32,000 bases of DNA from Thermoproteus tenax Kra 1 (lineage in GTDB: Archaea > Thermoproteota > Thermoprotei > Thermoproteales > Thermoproteaceae). Under the pieces are notes generated by a model that did not search any database, was not told where the DNA came from, and worked only from the letters and a program-made list of their open reading frames with translations. The position numbers were made by a program, and so were the translations under genes. This document shows, one piece after another, positions 1-9,460 of this stretch. The stretch covers positions 750,001-782,000 of the forward strand of contig NC_016070.1 of assembly GCF_000253055.1 (NCBI RefSeq). Direction: 5' to 3'. How positions within the stretch are numbered: the stretch's first letter is position 1; every line of letters starts with the position of its first letter.

Positions 1-13
1 AGCGTGGGCATGG

Positions 14-1762
14 TTAATACTTCCTTTCCTCCAACTTAGTCCATTTGGTTATTCTCACAGGCGCATACGTCAGCCTTATCTGGCCGCCATCTAGATATGC
101 GATGGTGTGCTTAAGCCAGTTGGCATCATCGCGTTTAGGATAGTCCAAACGATAATGGGCCCCCCTTGACTCTTGTCTTGACAACGCTCCATAGGCTATG
201 GCCAACGCTACCTCGATCATACCATCGAGCTCCAACGCATCTTTAAGGTTCTGGTTATAGACTCTGCTTCTGTCCTCAATCCTGACTTTGGCTATATCCT
301 CTTTGATCTTAAGCAACTTCGGGATACCCTCCTTCATGACCGATTCGTGTCTGAAGGGCCCGAAGTGCTGCTCCATGGTGTCTTGGAGACGCCCTTTCAA
401 CTCATAGACCGATATGCCCCCTGTCTCCGTATGGAGCAGCCTGTCGAATATTCTGGACTCCTCAGATTGAGCCACCTCCTTGTAATGTCCGTCAAGAGCA
501 GGCGAGGGCTTCTCCAGGGCGTACTTAGCCGCGGCCTCGCCGGTCAGTCTTCCCCAGACCGAGCATTCGCTGAGCGAGTTGGAGCCGAGTCTGTTCGCGC
601 CGTGGACGCTTATAGCCGCGGCCTCGCCCGCTACCCAGAGGCCTCTAACCCACTGGCCGTCCGCCGTCAGCGCACGCCCATATGTATCAGCGTTTATGCC
701 TCCCATAGTATAGTGGACGGCCGGTCTAACGGGTATAAGCTCAGTAAGGGGATCTATTCCAACGTACTTGTGGGCCAGCTCTCTTATGAACGGTATCTTT
801 TGATTTAACACGTCCTCGCCCAAATGTCTTAGATCAAGCCCGACGTAGCCCATGCCGCTCTCTTCGTGCACAAAGCCGCGTCCCTCGGCTATCTCTGTCA
901 ATATAGCTCTCGACACTATATCCCGGGGCGCCAGCTCCATCTTCTGCGGCGCGTACCGCTTCATGAACCTCTCGCCCTCCTTGTTGACGAGGTAGCCCCC
1001 CTCGCCTCTGGCTGCCTCGCTCACGAGTATACCGCTGGGAACTAGAGCGGTCGGATGCCACTGGACGAACTCCATGTCTTTTAGCGCCAGGCCCGCTCTT
1101 AGGGCATACCCCAACATCTCCCCAGTAGTCGAGTGGGCCGTCGTAGTGAACCTATACAGTCTGCCCGCCCCCCCAGTTGCTATTATGGCGGCCTTTGCCA
1201 AAAAGAGCCTGAGCTCCCCGGTCTTCAGATCTATAGCTGTAGCGCCCTTAAATTCATTATTTTCAATTATTAATTTTGTTACAAAATGCTCATGATATTG
1301 TTTAATATTACTAAATCTTAATATATTTTGATATAAGGTTGACATGATAAAAAATCCAGTTTTGTCGGCCGCAAATGTAGTTCGGGGTATCGACATCCCT
1401 CCGAAGGCTCTTTGGTACATCCGTCCATCGGGCAGACGGCTCCAAGGCACTCCGATCCGCTCAAGGAATCTGACCTCAGAGGGGGCCGATTGAACTAACA
1501 GCTCAACGGCATCCTGGTCTGCTAGAAAGTCGGCGCCCTTTATGGTATCGTAGGCGTGAAGCTCTAGGCTGTCCCCAGTCTTATCGGGATACAGGACGGC
1601 CGACATACCGCCCTCGGCAGAGACGGAGTGGGACCTCATCACTTGGACCTTGCTTATGATCGCTATATCGAGATTGCCTCCGACATACGCCGCCTGTAGA
1701 GCAGCTCTGAGGCCCGCAATACCTGAGCCTATGATCAGCAGATCGTGCCTTAAAATCTCCAT
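14..1762 (-). CDS. sdhA: Succinate dehydrogenase / fumarate reductase flavoprotein subunit
   Basis: 582-aa ORF; N-terminal FAD dinucleotide-binding motif [17 protein letters not shown]; '[13 protein letters not shown]' histidyl-FAD type region; 'HPTAL', '[11 protein letters not shown]', '[21 protein letters not shown]' active-site/FAD motifs. Confidence 0.97.
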   Translation of the reverse strand: MEILRHDLLIIGSGIAGLRAALQAAYVGGNLDIAIISKVQVMRSHSVSAEGGMSAVLYPDKTGDSLELHAYDTIKGADFLADQDAVELLVQSAPSEVRFLERIGVPWSRLPDGRMYQRAFGGMSIPRTTFAADKTGFFIMSTLYQNILRFSNIKQYHEHFVTKLIIENNEFKGATAIDLKTGELRLFLAKAAIIATGGAGRLYRFTTTAHSTTGEMLGYALRAGLALKDMEFVQWHPTALVPSGILVSEAARGEGGYLVNKEGERFMKRYAPQKMELAPRDIVSRAILTEIAEGRGFVHEESGMGYVGLDLRHLGEDVLNQKIPFIRELAHKYVGIDPLTELIPVRPAVHYTMGGINADTYGRALTADGQWVRGLWVAGEAAAISVHGANRLGSNSLSECSVWGRLTGEAAAKYALEKPSPALDGHYKEVAQSEESRIFDRLLHTETGGISVYELKGRLQDTMEQHFGPFRHESVMKEGIPKLLKIKEDIAKVRIEDRSRVYNQNLKDALELDGMIEVALAIAYGALSRQESRGAHYRLDYPKRDDANWLKHTIAYLDGGQIRLTYAPVRITKWTKLEERKY

Positions 1763-1855
1763 GACAGATAATCGATGTCATTATATATAATTATTCTACG
1801 GCGAGCGCTACAAGCAATCTTCTGTAAATTTTTAAAGAAATATCACGACTAATCC

Positions 1856-2473
1856 GTGAGCCCGGAGGTTCTAAAGGTCTCAGTCTCAGAGAGGAGCGGC
1901 GCAGATACATGTACGGGCCAAAAGATAGCGCGATGCTGTCTTGGAAACATATGTATAGATGCGCCCGTGGACTCGAACGTAAAATCCGGCGCATATAGCG
2001 TTGAGGACGCTCTGAGGGATCCTTCGCTGAGGTTCTGCGTTGAAGCGATACGTGCTAGGGCCTTGACTGCGGCTAAGTCGGCCTTCTCGTGTCACCCTCA
2101 CGAGAGCAATAAGTGTGTGAGCAGATTTGTCGAATATATCTCACTGATATATGGCGGCCCCGTTTTGTTGGTGGGCTACAGCGAGAGAGTGGCCAACGCG
2201 CTAGACTACATAGTGCCCGAGATCTACGTATACGACCCCGCCAGAGTATCCCCCAAGCCCGTGGACTTTGTTGACGACGACGGTCTCAAGAGAATAATAG
2301 ACAAAGTCGGAGTGGTCATCATTGCACCTGGAGCCGCCACATCTGTGGACGTCAAATCGATCGTTGAGAGAGCGAGGCAAGCGGGCAAACCCGTCATAGC
2401 CTACGGCGTCAGCTTTGCCGGACTGGCGAAGCAGTTGGGCGTACTACACTTCTGTCCCTACGGCAGATTCTAA
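1856..2473 (+). CDS. Rossmann-like (DUF364-type, putative heavy-metal-chelation) domain protein
   Basis: 205-aa ORF, GTG start ~20 nt after a TATA-like 'aaatttttaaag'; C-terminal 'VLLVGYSERVAN...VVIIAPGAAT...GKPVIAYGVSFAGLAKQLGVLHFCPYGR' resembles the DUF364 Rossmann-like fold family; Cys-containing N-terminal half. Confidence 0.5.
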   Translation: MSPEVLKVSVSERSGADTCTGQKIARCCLGNICIDAPVDSNVKSGAYSVEDALRDPSLRFCVEAIRARALTAAKSAFSCHPHESNKCVSRFVEYISLIYGGPVLLVGYSERVANALDYIVPEIYVYDPARVSPKPVDFVDDDGLKRIIDKVGVVIIAPGAATSVDVKSIVERARQAGKPVIAYGVSFAGLAKQLGVLHFCPYGRF

Positions 2474-2716
2474 CCGGTCCTGGTCGGCCGACAGACGGCC
2501 AACTACGGAACGCTAGTAGAGCTAAGTCTTGCAGAGAGGGTGGACGACCAGATGCTCGTCAAGCTCTATATCGTGCGCCATATATACTCAGCTCTGGTAT
2601 ATGTCTTCACGTCTCAGCAATACCAGCCCTCGTCACTCTGGACGACATAATTCTGTAAGTTTAAATGCTAGCTCTTGCATACATAACCTCTGGTTATGGT
2701 GAGCATAAGCCGCGCT

Positions 2717-3411
2717 CCCCGCCCTAAAGGGCAGGGTTTCTCCTCGCCCACGCCTTCATCGGTAGCCAGGCAACCTCCGGCGTGGGCTCATCGGGCATGG
2801 GGCCGGGCGGCACGCGGCCCTCCGCGAGTTTTTCCACTTATGGCGGTATAGCCTGGCTTCCAGAGGTGGTCGTCAAGCCATACGGATACCTTCCTCACCT
2901 CCGGCCTCTCCGTCCTCGCCTTGCCCTCCCGCTTCAGCGCCATAAAGCTCTCTATGCGTTGGGAAGCGTCCTGCGCGGCTGTGGAGATGTAGTGGGGTGG
3001 GAGGTCTGGATGCCTCCCCCTCAGCTCCCCGTAGAGGGCCTTGCGGAGCGAGACGTGCCCAGTCACGCCGCGCTCGCGAATTCGACGAAGTGGACGACGA
3101 GCTCCCTATACTTCTCCACAAGCTCCTTCAGCGTATTGAACTTCCTCCAGCTCAGCCGCGGGCTGGGGACAACGACGGCGTGCGTTAGGACGTGCGCTTT
3201 CTCCTCAGCGTTTTTGCCCTTGTTGCGCCTCCGCTTCCTGCCTCTCCTCTGCCCGCTCCCCTCTCTGCCATCCCCTGCTTCCATAATAAAATATAGTCCG
3301 CCGCACAGTGCTTTTCAAGCTTCCTCCTGCACGGAACGCCTTTCTTCGGCCCTGAAAAATTATTAGCTTAAATCCATCCCCGCCCTGAGGGGCGGGGCTT
3401 TCCGTTGTAAA
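2717..3411 (-). mobile_element. Degraded IS200/IS605-type element (TnpB-only) with terminal hairpins
   Basis: TnpB N-terminal remnant flanked by GC-rich hairpins: 3378-3397 (CCCCGCCC-TGAG-GGGCGGGG) on the 5' side and 2717-2736 (CCCCGCCCTAAAGGGCAGGG) on the 3' side. Total only ~0.7 kb, far shorter than an intact tnpB element. Confidence 0.75.
2788..3284 (-). pseudogene. tnpB: Truncated and frameshifted TnpB (OrfB) transposon protein
   Basis: ORFs 3284..3063 and 3066..2788 in different frames read consecutively as TnpB N-terminus: 'VLTHAVVVPSPRLSWRKFNTLKELVEKYRELVVHFVEFAS' / 'VTGHVSLRKALYGELRGRHPDLPPHYISTAAQDASQRIESFMALKREGKARTERPEVRKVSVWLDDHLWKPGYTAI'. RuvC catalytic region and zinc finger are absent. 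Confidence 0.82.
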
Positions 3412-3662
3412 CTTGAACTATCTCACCAGATTCTATACCCTCCAGTAGAAATACGGCCACTGCGCCCGGACGGCTTACAATAACTGTCGAAACCCCCGGC
3501 AACGGAGCACCCAACCTTGACCACCGTGAGCTGGCCAATCCTACGCAATAGATACTAGCATACTAGTTAGAAGGAATAAGCAGGATGTATGGCAATTTAC
3601 AACAATGAAAAATAATATAATATTAACTGAACAATTTTGTTAGAAATTAATATCATTCAGTT

Positions 3663-4439
3663 TTAATCGGTGCGAGGAGCCAAGATCATTGTGAAGACGC
3701 CGCTTGAGAATTCGTATGTTAGCTTCAGAGGCTTCATGTCGCCCAACTCTACCTTGACCCTTTTGCTTACGCCCTTTAGCTTCCCCGATATGTTTCTTAT
3801 GAGCTCCACAGTGTATTTCGCAGATACTGTGCCCTGAGAGCTGACCTCGTAGAGGCCCTCGCTGTTTTGGTCGAACTCCGTAGAGGCCTCCCTCCCTCCT
3901 TCCCCTTGTGAGACGAACGCAACTGAGGAGGGCGTCACTTTAACTACGACCATGTCGGAGACTTGTTCCATGAGGGCCATTGCGTCGTCAAACTCCGAGG
4001 AGTCCATTGTGAAGGACGCGTCATATTCCACGTTTATCTCAGGCACCTCCTCCTCAGCCAGCTGCACGATGGGGAAGTAGAACCGCCTGACTATGCCCGA
4101 CTCTCTGCCCCTCTTTGGATAGACCGTAAGCGCGAACTTCCGCCTTTCCTCATCGACCCCGATCTCCAGTTTCTCAGTGGCGCCCACCCTCTTGATCGCA
4201 TCCTTCACCGTGGATAGTATCAACCCTATCTTGACGTCGTGCTCAACGGAGTATTCCTCCAACCCGCCTGCAGTATACTCAAGTTGCAACAAGGCGACCT
4301 TGCTGGGATCCAACGCCTTCATCGTTATGCCGTCTGTCGTGAACGACATAGTGATCTCGGGCAACATGGAGATTAACGCCTCAAAAGTATAACGCGGATC
4401 CTTGCCCTTGGGAAACACGGCGCGAGCCGCAAGGCTCAT
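3663..4439 (-). CDS. pcn: DNA polymerase sliding clamp (PCNA homologue)
   Basis: 258-aa ORF; typical PCNA features 'FTTDGITMKALDPSKVALLQLEY', 'VEHDVKIGLILSTV', 'EFDDAMALMEQVSDMV', C-terminal 'LKLTYEFSSGVFTMILAPR'. TATA-like element ~26 nt upstream of the ATG. Confidence 0.97.
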   Translation of the reverse strand: MSLAARAVFPKGKDPRYTFEALISMLPEITMSFTTDGITMKALDPSKVALLQLEYTAGGLEEYSVEHDVKIGLILSTVKDAIKRVGATEKLEIGVDEERRKFALTVYPKRGRESGIVRRFYFPIVQLAEEEVPEINVEYDASFTMDSSEFDDAMALMEQVSDMVVVKVTPSSVAFVSQGEGGREASTEFDQNSEGLYEVSSQGTVSAKYTVELIRNISGKLKGVSKRVKVELGDMKPLKLTYEFSSGVFTMILAPRTD

Positions 4440-4474
4440 GAAAACAAATAATTAGTCTGTTAAAAAGGAACTTT

Positions 4475-4523
4475 GTGATGAACACCCTGATCGCAGACCG
4501 GTGAAGTGAGGTATTACAACTGA
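4475..4523 (+). ncRNA. C/D box sRNA candidate (2'-O-methylation guide)
   Basis: GTGATGA (C, 4475-4481) - 12 nt guide acaccctgatcg - CAGA (degenerate D') - 3 nt ccg - GTGAAGT (degenerate C') - 12 nt guide gaggtattacaa - CTGA (D, 4520-4523). Terminal stem ACTT/AAGT directly flanks the boxes (one extra T on the 5' side). Matches archaeal C/D geometry. Confidence 0.72.
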
Positions 4524-4623
4524 AAGTCTCGACCTTTGGGCAGAGAGTACTGACGTCCGTTTTAGCCGCTGGCCAGGATCCAACGGCCCACTGCCTCAAA
4601 TAAAAAGGAGTTTTCGTGGCCGG

Positions 4624-5853
4624 CTAGCTCAAAGCGCTTTCTAGTGCTGAGGGATTATAGCCCATCACGGCCGTATAAGTCCCATTGGGATAAACTATTA
4701 AGAGGACGGGCGGCGGGGCGCTTTGCGACGGTATGTTAAGGCCTTGTAAGGCAAGACCTAGTAGTGCTGCTTCAGATTCGAGATCAACACTACATGTATT
4801 ATTAGGTAATATAGTATATGAATTACTTGAATTTTCTAATACATTAATATATATTTTCTTTAATAGATTTAATAGATTAGATTTTGAAGCCAAATATGCA
4901 CATCTCAATCTCTCGACAATGGTCGTCGGCTGGCCGGGATAGTCTAACAGTATCAGGCCGCCTCTGCTCAAAAGACTGTAGTTATAGATGAAGAGCTTGG
5001 CAGAGGATGTATCGTTAAGGGCCAGGAAAGCTAGGACAGTGGGTGTCCCATTTTGTACGACCATCCCAATTTTCCTGGCCGCCGCGACCAACGAGAGGCC
5101 GCCCATGTCTCTCACTGGCATGTTGCCCGATAAATTGGATATTATGGAGAGATACGTTGAATTTATTGGAGATATAGACCTCAAGACGTAGGTGACATTA
5201 ATAGTTGTCTGTCCTAATGGAACTAATACTTCATATTTATAAACTATATTATTAATTAAATATATGATATATGTAAAGTTTATTGAATAGAATAAATATG
5301 TAATACTAGTATTATTTTTATATATCAATGCTGTACCAAAAGACGTGGGCGCAGTTCCGGCAAACGAGAGCACTGAAGGCGGAGGCACTTGGGATAACGC
5401 AGAAGCCACGTCGACGAAGTTCGACGGTGCTGAAAACGGTTGAGTTGAACACTGTTGGTTTGAGACGAACACGGGGACTCCGGCTATTCTCTGAGATATA
5501 GTGAAGTTGGAGCAGAAGAACCCTAGAGGACCTGGAAAGCCGATCATATAAAATGAAGCGTTGGGCGTCTGATACACTTCGCCCAGCCTCTGGGGAGCAA
5601 ACAACGCGTACGCTGTGCTGTTCTGTTGGAGGAGACCTATCAGAATAGATCTATTATAATAAACATAAATCAAAGGAACTTTATTTTGATTATTAATAAT
5701 TACATTATATAGATATATTCCATTTTGATATTCAATTTTACTTATATTTAATGTCTTAGGGTAAGATTGTTGGATATGGCTCAGGTACAAGACCGCGATA
5801 GCAACCACCAACGCCGCTACGACGACTAAGGCGAGCACTATAATTTTGTTCAT
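4624..5853 (-). CDS. Hypothetical membrane-anchored exported protein
   Basis: 409-aa ORF; N-terminal hydrophobic segment MNKIIVLALVVVAALVVAIAVLYL followed by an Asn/Ser/Thr/Tyr-rich extracytoplasmic-type sequence. Confidence 0.75.
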   Translation of the reverse strand: MNKIIVLALVVVAALVVAIAVLYLSHIQQSYPKTLNISKIEYQNGIYLYNVIINNQNKVPLIYVYYNRSILIGLLQQNSTAYALFAPQRLGEVYQTPNASFYMIGFPGPLGFFCSNFTISQRIAGVPVFVSNQQCSTQPFSAPSNFVDVASALSQVPPPSVLSFAGTAPTSFGTALIYKNNTSITYLFYSINFTYIIYLINNIVYKYEVLVPLGQTTINVTYVLRSISPINSTYLSIISNLSGNMPVRDMGGLSLVAAARKIGMVVQNGTPTVLAFLALNDTSSAKLFIYNYSLLSRGGLILLDYPGQPTTIVERLRCAYLASKSNLLNLLKKIYINVLENSSNSYTILPNNTCSVDLESEAALLGLALQGLNIPSQSAPPPVLLIVYPNGTYTAVMGYNPSALESALS

Positions 5854-5880
5854 GACGAAAAAACAGCTGAGTTATATATA

Positions 5881-6300
5881 CTATTCTTTACTAGAGGGCC
5901 TTCTATCGGCAGACAAGCTCTCTATTATCTTGTCCTCTGCGATGAGGTCTCTCACAGACAACACTCCAACTAAGTCGCCGCCCTCGTTCAAGACGACCAG
6001 ATGCCTGATGTGATGCTTCCGCATCAAATATGCAGCCCTGTAGACCGTCTCATCCTCGCGGATCCATATGAACTTTTCCATAGTCCCCACTCTGTCCACA
6101 GTAGTAGTTAGAGGGATCTTTCGAGATATGGCCCTAATTATGTCTCTCTCGCTGATTACGCCGACAGGTCTCTTGGGATTATCGCGGACAATCACCAGGA
6201 GCCCTACGTTCTCCTTAGCCATAAGATCAGCTGCCTCCTCTACAGTGGCGTCAGCCCTTATAGTGACCGGCGGCCTTCTTAGAATTTCTTTAACTAACAC
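5881..6300 (-). CDS. CBS-domain-pair protein
   Basis: 139 aa; two CBS units: 'TIRADATVEEAADLMAKENVGLLVIVRDNPKRPVGVISERDIIRAI' and 'IREDETVYRAAYLMRKHHIRHLVVLNEGGDLVGVLSVRDLI'. Confidence 0.93.
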   Translation of the reverse strand: MLVKEILRRPPVTIRADATVEEAADLMAKENVGLLVIVRDNPKRPVGVISERDIIRAISRKIPLTTTVDRVGTMEKFIWIREDETVYRAAYLMRKHHIRHLVVLNEGGDLVGVLSVRDLIAEDKIIESLSADRRPSSKE

Positions 6301-6362
6301 AAAAGGATATATTATATTCCTATTTAAAAGTTTCTCTATATTTTTCTATATAGTCTATCTTT

Positions 6363-7661
6363 TTATATATTTCTTAAGACTTGTTTAAGGGATTCTACAT
6401 CAGTGGAGTCAACCCGAATAGTGGGAAGCTCCGATTCGATAACGGAGTTGGATCCGCCTATTAACAACGTCTTTACCTCCTTGAAGGCCTCCCTCGCCTG
6501 CCTTAAGATCTCAGGGCTGACGAAATCGTCTTCTCCATCCGTTATTATTATCAGTTTGTAGTTCCTGAGCCCCGCGGTCTTGGAATCCATCACCGCGGTG
6601 TGGACGGCCGAGGTTATATCGGTGCCCCCTAACGGCAGAACCTTGAGCAAGGCCTTTATCACCTCCTTAACGTTGGTAAGCTGAGGGTACACCATCTGGT
6701 CGAAGAATCTGAGAATGACCTTTCTACTGTGTTTCATCAGTGCCACAGCCAGAGCTGTTGCCCAAGTTATCTTCTGCGTCATATCCATGGCAAAGCCATC
6801 GTACACCGAGTAGAACATGGAACCTGATTTGTCTACAAGGAGGTATATCTTCTCCCTCGTGTCCAAGGAATAGTCTCTTACGGAGAGAGATTTGGTCGCC
6901 AACTTGTAGGCGAATAAGGAGGGCGACGCCAGATATATAGCCTTGCTCAAGTTAGTGACCCTAGTTAAATCTGAGAAGCTCCTCAGATTCCTAACGCCCG
7001 AGGGGATGCCGATTCTTTCAACTATGCCTCCTTCATCGACATAAGGGTCTATTTTAGACAAGATCCTCACTAGAGACTCTAGGATCTTGGCCAGACGTGC
7101 CCTGTAGGGATCTATATCTACATCAAATAGTAGATCGGCAACCTCTTTACCTACATCATCCCCTAAAATCTTTGAGATATTTTTTCTTATTTTATCTAAA
7201 TTTTTTATGTTTCCCATATAGAATCTTAGTAAATTGGTTATTTCTTGCCGTAATGCTTGATTATTCATAAGCCTCTGGACATTTCTCTCATCGCCCTCCC
7301 TCATCCCTTGCACGGTACCTCGCTCAATACGTGACAACAAGCTGTTGTACGCTCTGAGCAGTTTAACGGAAGCAGACCGCGAGATCGTGTAGTTATATCT
7401 GCTCAACTTACTAACCTCTTGATATATATCCGTTGATAGATACGACTTAAGAAAAGTATACCAGAGCGCGCCCTCCTCAGAGGAGGGGCCGCTGGACAAT
7501 ATCGGTGTGCGGTAGTGAATGTAGAACGAGTCAGCTATATACTCAAAGGATATCTTGTTGAGCTTAATGGGGAGCCCCAGACGTTGGATATAGCGTATTA
7601 TCTCCTGCGCCCGCAACCTCGTCAGCTCGTCCGAGTAATCTACGTTGAGAAGGGCGCCCAC
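6363..7661 (-). CDS. VWA (CoxE/ViaA-like) domain protein
   Basis: 432 aa; MIDAS motif 'LLVDKSGSM', 'LGGTDITSAV', 'IITDGED'; stop-to-start gap of 2 nt with the upstream MoxR ATPase gene. Confidence 0.88.
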   Translation of the reverse strand: MGALLNVDYSDELTRLRAQEIIRYIQRLGLPIKLNKISFEYIADSFYIHYRTPILSSGPSSEEGALWYTFLKSYLSTDIYQEVSKLSRYNYTISRSASVKLLRAYNSLLSRIERGTVQGMREGDERNVQRLMNNQALRQEITNLLRFYMGNIKNLDKIRKNISKILGDDVGKEVADLLFDVDIDPYRARLAKILESLVRILSKIDPYVDEGGIVERIGIPSGVRNLRSFSDLTRVTNLSKAIYLASPSLFAYKLATKSLSVRDYSLDTREKIYLLVDKSGSMFYSVYDGFAMDMTQKITWATALAVALMKHSRKVILRFFDQMVYPQLTNVKEVIKALLKVLPLGGTDITSAVHTAVMDSKTAGLRNYKLIIITDGEDDFVSPEILRQAREAFKEVKTLLIGGSNSVIESELPTIRVDSTDVESLKQVLRNI

Positions 7662-7663
7662 GC

Positions 7664-8776
7664 CTACAACTGGCTCCTTAGCATGCTTAGGGCATCCTTT
7701 ATCTCGGCCATCTCAGTCTGGAAGAATTTATACAAAGTAGGATCGGCGTAGGCCTTATCCATCAACTCCTCAGCCTCCCTCAGCTTTTCGCGCGCGATCG
7801 TCAGCGCGTTGTTTGCTATAAGGGCCTTTATCTCGTTTATTAAGTCGTATAGCGTCGATAGATTGCCGGGCATATGGGAAGACACAAAGGCCTCGTACTC
7901 GCTTAAATCCTCCTTGTCGTGGACTAGATACTTCAAGACCTTAATAGTGGCGGCCCTTATACTTGACGCATCCATATCGCTCGGCTTTATGCCCAATATT
8001 GTCAGATACGCCATAACATAGATTGGAACTTTCACCCTTGTCCTATTGGATATTACTACATGGTCTAGATAGGCCGCTATTAACGGTGAAACATGTTTTA
8101 CTAGTAATTCACTATTTTCATATACTATTTTATTTATATATTCATTTATTTTCTTTATATCATCCATTGTCATTATATGAATCATACGCTCGTACTCTTG
8201 CCTCAAGGCTAGCCCGGTCCTCAAAAGATCCTCGGTCTCCTCGGGCGATGCATACTTAGTGAAAGTCCTCAGAGGGAAGCGGTCATAGAGGGCTTGTAGC
8301 TCCTCCTCGTCGGGCACTCTGTTGGACGCCCCGAACACAGTCCACGTCTTTACTGGGACCACTGCGCCGCCATCAAATATAACTCTCTCGTTTAGTATTG
8401 TAAGGAGAGTGTTGAGGATGGCGCTCGATGCATTAAATATCTCGTCCAACAGAGCCACGTCTGCCTCCACGATAGAGTTGGCATATATCCTCTTCACGTT
8501 GCCCTTGAGCAACTCAACGACATCTATGGGGCCTATGATCTCCTCCAGCTCTGTAAACTTTGTCAATAGTCTGTAGAACCACCGGGCCTTGAGAAGCTTG
8601 GAGAGGGATGCCACCAACATGGTTTTGGCGGTGCCAGGAGGTCCTATCATAATATAGTTTTCTCTACTCAATATTGCTATAAGAGCTCCTGTAATTTCAT
8701 CTGAGAATTTATAGAAGTAAACATTAAGATATTGTCTGACCTTTGATACATCTTTGATCAAAGCATCTACCTCCAC
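7664..8776 (-). CDS. MoxR/RavA-like AAA+ ATPase
   Basis: 370 aa; Walker A 'MIGPPGTAKTML', Walker B 'ADVALLDEIFNASSAILNTLLTILNER', sensor 'FGASN', 'LYDRFPLR'. Confidence 0.93.
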   Translation of the reverse strand: MEVDALIKDVSKVRQYLNVYFYKFSDEITGALIAILSRENYIMIGPPGTAKTMLVASLSKLLKARWFYRLLTKFTELEEIIGPIDVVELLKGNVKRIYANSIVEADVALLDEIFNASSAILNTLLTILNERVIFDGGAVVPVKTWTVFGASNRVPDEEELQALYDRFPLRTFTKYASPEETEDLLRTGLALRQEYERMIHIMTMDDIKKINEYINKIVYENSELLVKHVSPLIAAYLDHVVISNRTRVKVPIYVMAYLTILGIKPSDMDASSIRAATIKVLKYLVHDKEDLSEYEAFVSSHMPGNLSTLYDLINEIKALIANNALTIAREKLREAEELMDKAYADPTLYKFFQTEMAEIKDALSMLRSQL

Positions 8777-8823
8777 GAACTCAACGCGACATATACTTAA
8801 ATCTTTATGGGTCTAACGATTGT

Positions 8824-9099
8824 TCAGATCTTTGACAATTTGAAGAATACTAATGAAGCAATTAGCAATATCGACGACAGAGCCATCGACGGAAACGAGA
8901 CGTCGGGCCCGTGGCCGCGCAACATCCAGAGTGAGAACGAGGCCGCTGCTACAACTGAAAGGACTGCCAAAGCTGCGGTTATGGCGCACATATATCTTCC
9001 TATCTGGGTTCCCCTTATCGGCAGATAGTTCCTCAACGCAAGTAGGGAGAAGAGGGCCGAAAGGGAGGAGAGGGCAATGTCAACGAGCCAGGGAATCAT
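8824..9099 (-). CDS. Small hypothetical integral membrane protein
   Basis: 91-aa ORF with about three hydrophobic segments; its start overlaps the end of the upstream wHTH gene. Confidence 0.55.
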   Translation of the reverse strand: MIPWLVDIALSSLSALFSLLALRNYLPIRGTQIGRYMCAITAALAVLSVVAAASFSLWMLRGHGPDVSFPSMALSSILLIASLVFFKLSKI

Positions 9100-9460
9100 G
9101 GCCTAAGTATCTGGCGGCCTCCTCCACCAGATCCCAGTTCCTCCTCAACAGATCGTTCACTAGGTATATTGCCCCGTAACCCTCCCCCACCCTCTCCACT
9201 AGGCCGTTCCTCTCTAGCACCTCTAAGTGGTGGCGCACAGTCTTGTAGTCCACGTTTAGCTCCTTGCTCAACTGGTTTGCGTTCATAGGCCTTCGGCTGA
9301 GCGCCAAGAGTATCTTTAGACGCATAGGCCCCCCGCGGGTCCCCAACACGAGGAGGAGCAAAACCCTCCTCAGAGAGCGACGGTCTGGCCACAGACATAG
9401 AAAAAAACAGTAATTTTTAATTGACAGGCCCCAGGAATACCCAAGGCACCGGTTTGACAA
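9080..9460 (-). CDS. Winged-helix (ArsR-like) transcriptional regulator; true start probably internal
   Basis: 'PMRLKILLALSRRPMNANQLSKELNVDYKTVRHHLEVLERNGLVERVGEGYGAIYLV' is a classic wHTH. The ORF N-terminus overlaps the 3' end of the neighbouring gene, and a TATA-like AATTAAAAAT near 9415 suggests a start downstream of it. Confidence 0.85.
   Translation of the reverse strand: MSNRCLGYSWGLSIKNYCFFLCLWPDRRSLRRVLLLLVLGTRGGPMRLKILLALSRRPMNANQLSKELNVDYKTVRHHLEVLERNGLVERVGEGYGAIYLVNDLLRRNWDLVEEAARYLGHDSLAR

Noticed and set aside
2474-2652. About 59 further sense codons in frame after the stop of the 1856-2473 gene
   Set aside because: Could be a nonsense-truncated tail, but the protein already ends at a family-typical point (FCPYGR) and the extension has no recognisable motif.
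2782-3366. 194-aa + strand ORF
   Set aside because: It is the antisense shadow of the TnpB relic (minus strand shows clear TnpB motifs); low-complexity Pro/Leu/Arg composition.
4381-4599. 72-aa minus ORF spanning the pcna upstream region
   Set aside because: Composition not protein-like; it overlaps the C/D box sRNA candidate and the pcna start.
9096-9398. 100-aa minus ORF within the wHTH gene
   Set aside because: Gly/Arg/Glu-rich out-of-frame translation of a convincing wHTH gene.
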